Assembly: GCA_002633005.1 (NCBI GenBank)
Contig: NMRA01000108.1
Coordinates: forward strand, 43,820-107,819
DNA length: 64,000 nucleotides
Direction of reading: 5' to 3'
From: Phoronis australis
Lineage: Eukaryota; Animalia; Phoronida
Position 1 is the first letter of the stretch. The number at the start of each line of letters is the position of its first letter. Of the stretch, positions 61,930 through 64,000 are shown in pieces. Both the position numbers and the translations under genes were made by a program. The notes under the pieces are model-generated. The model ran no database searches. It saw only the letters and a list, made by a program, of their open reading frames with translations, and was not told where the DNA came from.

Positions 61930-64000
61930 CGCAACTGTGACGGATCCATATTCTAATCGTCATAGGGGCAATTCCTTTTGTGATGGATGTACAATCAGAG
62001 AACTTTTTGATCAGTTTTGAAAAAAATATTCATCCTAGGAAAATGATCAATATATCAAAATGGATAGGTCTCATTGAAATCTTTCAAAGCGTGTATCAAA
62101 ATTGCCTTTAAATGGGTGTGACGGACGTACGCAGAGAATTTGATTTTAAAAACAAAAATTTTAACGTTAATTTTCTGTGAGTTGCATTAACTTACAATTT
62201 TAGGTTTTATATGATGATTAAGTGGAATGTTTGCAATATACAACACACTAAATATTTTGATGTTATATTTGAAGAAATTTTTGTCAGACAGCTCGACATA
62301 CTGTAAGTTGAGTCAGTGTGACGGACGTACGTGACGAACTTACGCTCTGAATTTCTAGTATTATATTGTTTGTTGTGACTAAGATATTAATTCAGAATGA
62401 TTAATACTTTCGCAGTATTTAAGCTGTATTTATCTTTTGTTACTAATTAAACGTTTTAATTAAAATGTACCGATTGACCTTTTGCACGAATTCATCACAG
62501 GTAGGCTTATGCTAGGAATATATTCTAGGATTTTGACTTTTCAATACATTTGATTAAAGATATAAAACAAGCTTCTAAAATCTTCACTTCCCATTGAAGA
62601 TAGTAAGCAGCATAGATGGGAATGAGAGTGATAATCATTTTGTATTTGACAGCTATTAATTATTAGGAAAACCTGTTTTATGAGTTGAGTAGAATACTAA
62701 ATTAAAAGTAATCAGTAAATGCAACTGTCAAAATATCAAATGTGAAATAATGTTTTAAAAAATCACAAATAACTGTCATGGAAACGCATTTTGATTAATT
62801 GTTTTTTAAATTAAAACTCGCCTTTTGCCACATTATTCTCTGTACCATGCCGTTTACGATTCTGATGCATGCCCGTGTAAGTAATAACGATGATGTTCTA
62901 TAAGTATCAGTAACAGGACTTATTTTCTTAGAACAAAGTGTGAGGCCTGGTTTAGTTGACAGCATCGACTTTCGGCATTTATATTTTTATTCAAATAACC
63001 CGTGCTGTCTACCAGTGTGAAACTAGAATTTTAATTTAAATTAATTGCAATTAGATATGATGGTTCAGGAATATGTAGAACTTACTTATCAGGTGTTGGC
63101 TTCTTTTAAGGGATTAGCACGATTAGGTTTTCATCCAGCTCTTTAACTCATGCCTTCTTTTCAAATTTAAAGAGAGGCTTTAAATAATGTCACATCACAA
63201 TACGCGCAAGTGCAATTAAGGATTTTTTGGTCCACAGTGGCATTTTTTAGAGTTTCAGAGAATAATCCGGCAGATATTTATTCTTCTCCCAGTGGCATCT
63301 GTACCGTGGTCTCCAACAACTTCCTCTATCGTTTCTAAACACCGATTTAATCTCCTCAATGCTCAACAGAAAAAATAGTCTAATTCTTAGTAACGTAAGA
63401 AGAGTGCCTACAGTCGGTGAGGGTGTGAAAAGATGCCCAATAAAGTAGGTGACAGGTTTCTACCGCTTAACTATGCCTAGTATAGGCTTTTTCAACACAA
63501 AACACAGCATAGCAGGTCACAGCAGAAATAACGTATTGATTCCAGGGAACAGCAACTTTACATGTATTCCTTTGGGTCTCTTGTTATGTATATTCTACAT
63601 ATAGAACACCTGAGGAATTATTTTGTATTAATATTTTTGCATCTAGAATTTTCCAAGTTAGGCATTTCATTACAAACACGGGGTACCAATGGGAAAACAT
63701 GTTCATTAAATTAACATTTTTTTTATTTAAATTTTATAATGCGGTCCAATTGTCTGATTTTAATAAGTTGAATTCTGTTAAGAATAACTAGATGAAATTG
63801 TAAATTGTAAATTGTAACTTTTCTTTTGAAATTGAAAAAGTCCAATTCATCTAGTTTAAATCTGTAGCAACTTCTTCACATAACTTTAAAGCTGCCTTTG
63901 TAATATTTTATCATTTTATGTTTCTTAGGAGTGAGATACATTTTATCCTCTGCAAGTTAAGAAGGTATTTAAATGACCTCAGTTTATTTTAATGGCTGAA
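61930..64000 (-). repeat. Unclassified interspersed repeat, copy 2 (runs off the window end)
   Basis: Reverse-complement homology to 47170-48790. GTGACGGACGTAC motifs at ~62118 and ~62318, with degenerate copies near 61938 and 61980. Confidence 0.8.

Overview
Repeat-rich, AT-rich eukaryotic scaffold, probably a marine invertebrate (inference from the transposon families present), with two N gaps. One intact host gene is present: a three-coding-exon patched-domain (PTCHD3-like, sterol-sensing RND) gene on the minus strand, 50495-57353, about 925 aa. The rest is layered transposon sequence. It includes a full-length BEL/Pao LTR retrotransposon (6784-13428) with two frameshifts, and two Academ-type (XPG nuclease) DNA transposon relics. 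One of these (36295-40040) has complete ends with ~0.9-kb inverted repeats, and an uninterrupted copy of its target repeat lies in the same window. Also present are a decayed YqaJ-exonuclease plus THAP element, a second THAP element with a tandem motif array, a Penelope GIY-YIG fragment, a Helentron-like tandem array and several MITEs. An inverted pair of ~1.6-kb repeats brackets the PTCHD gene. I found no clearly new biological system; the most interesting observations concern transposon architecture. All family calls come from motif recognition by eye, not database searches.
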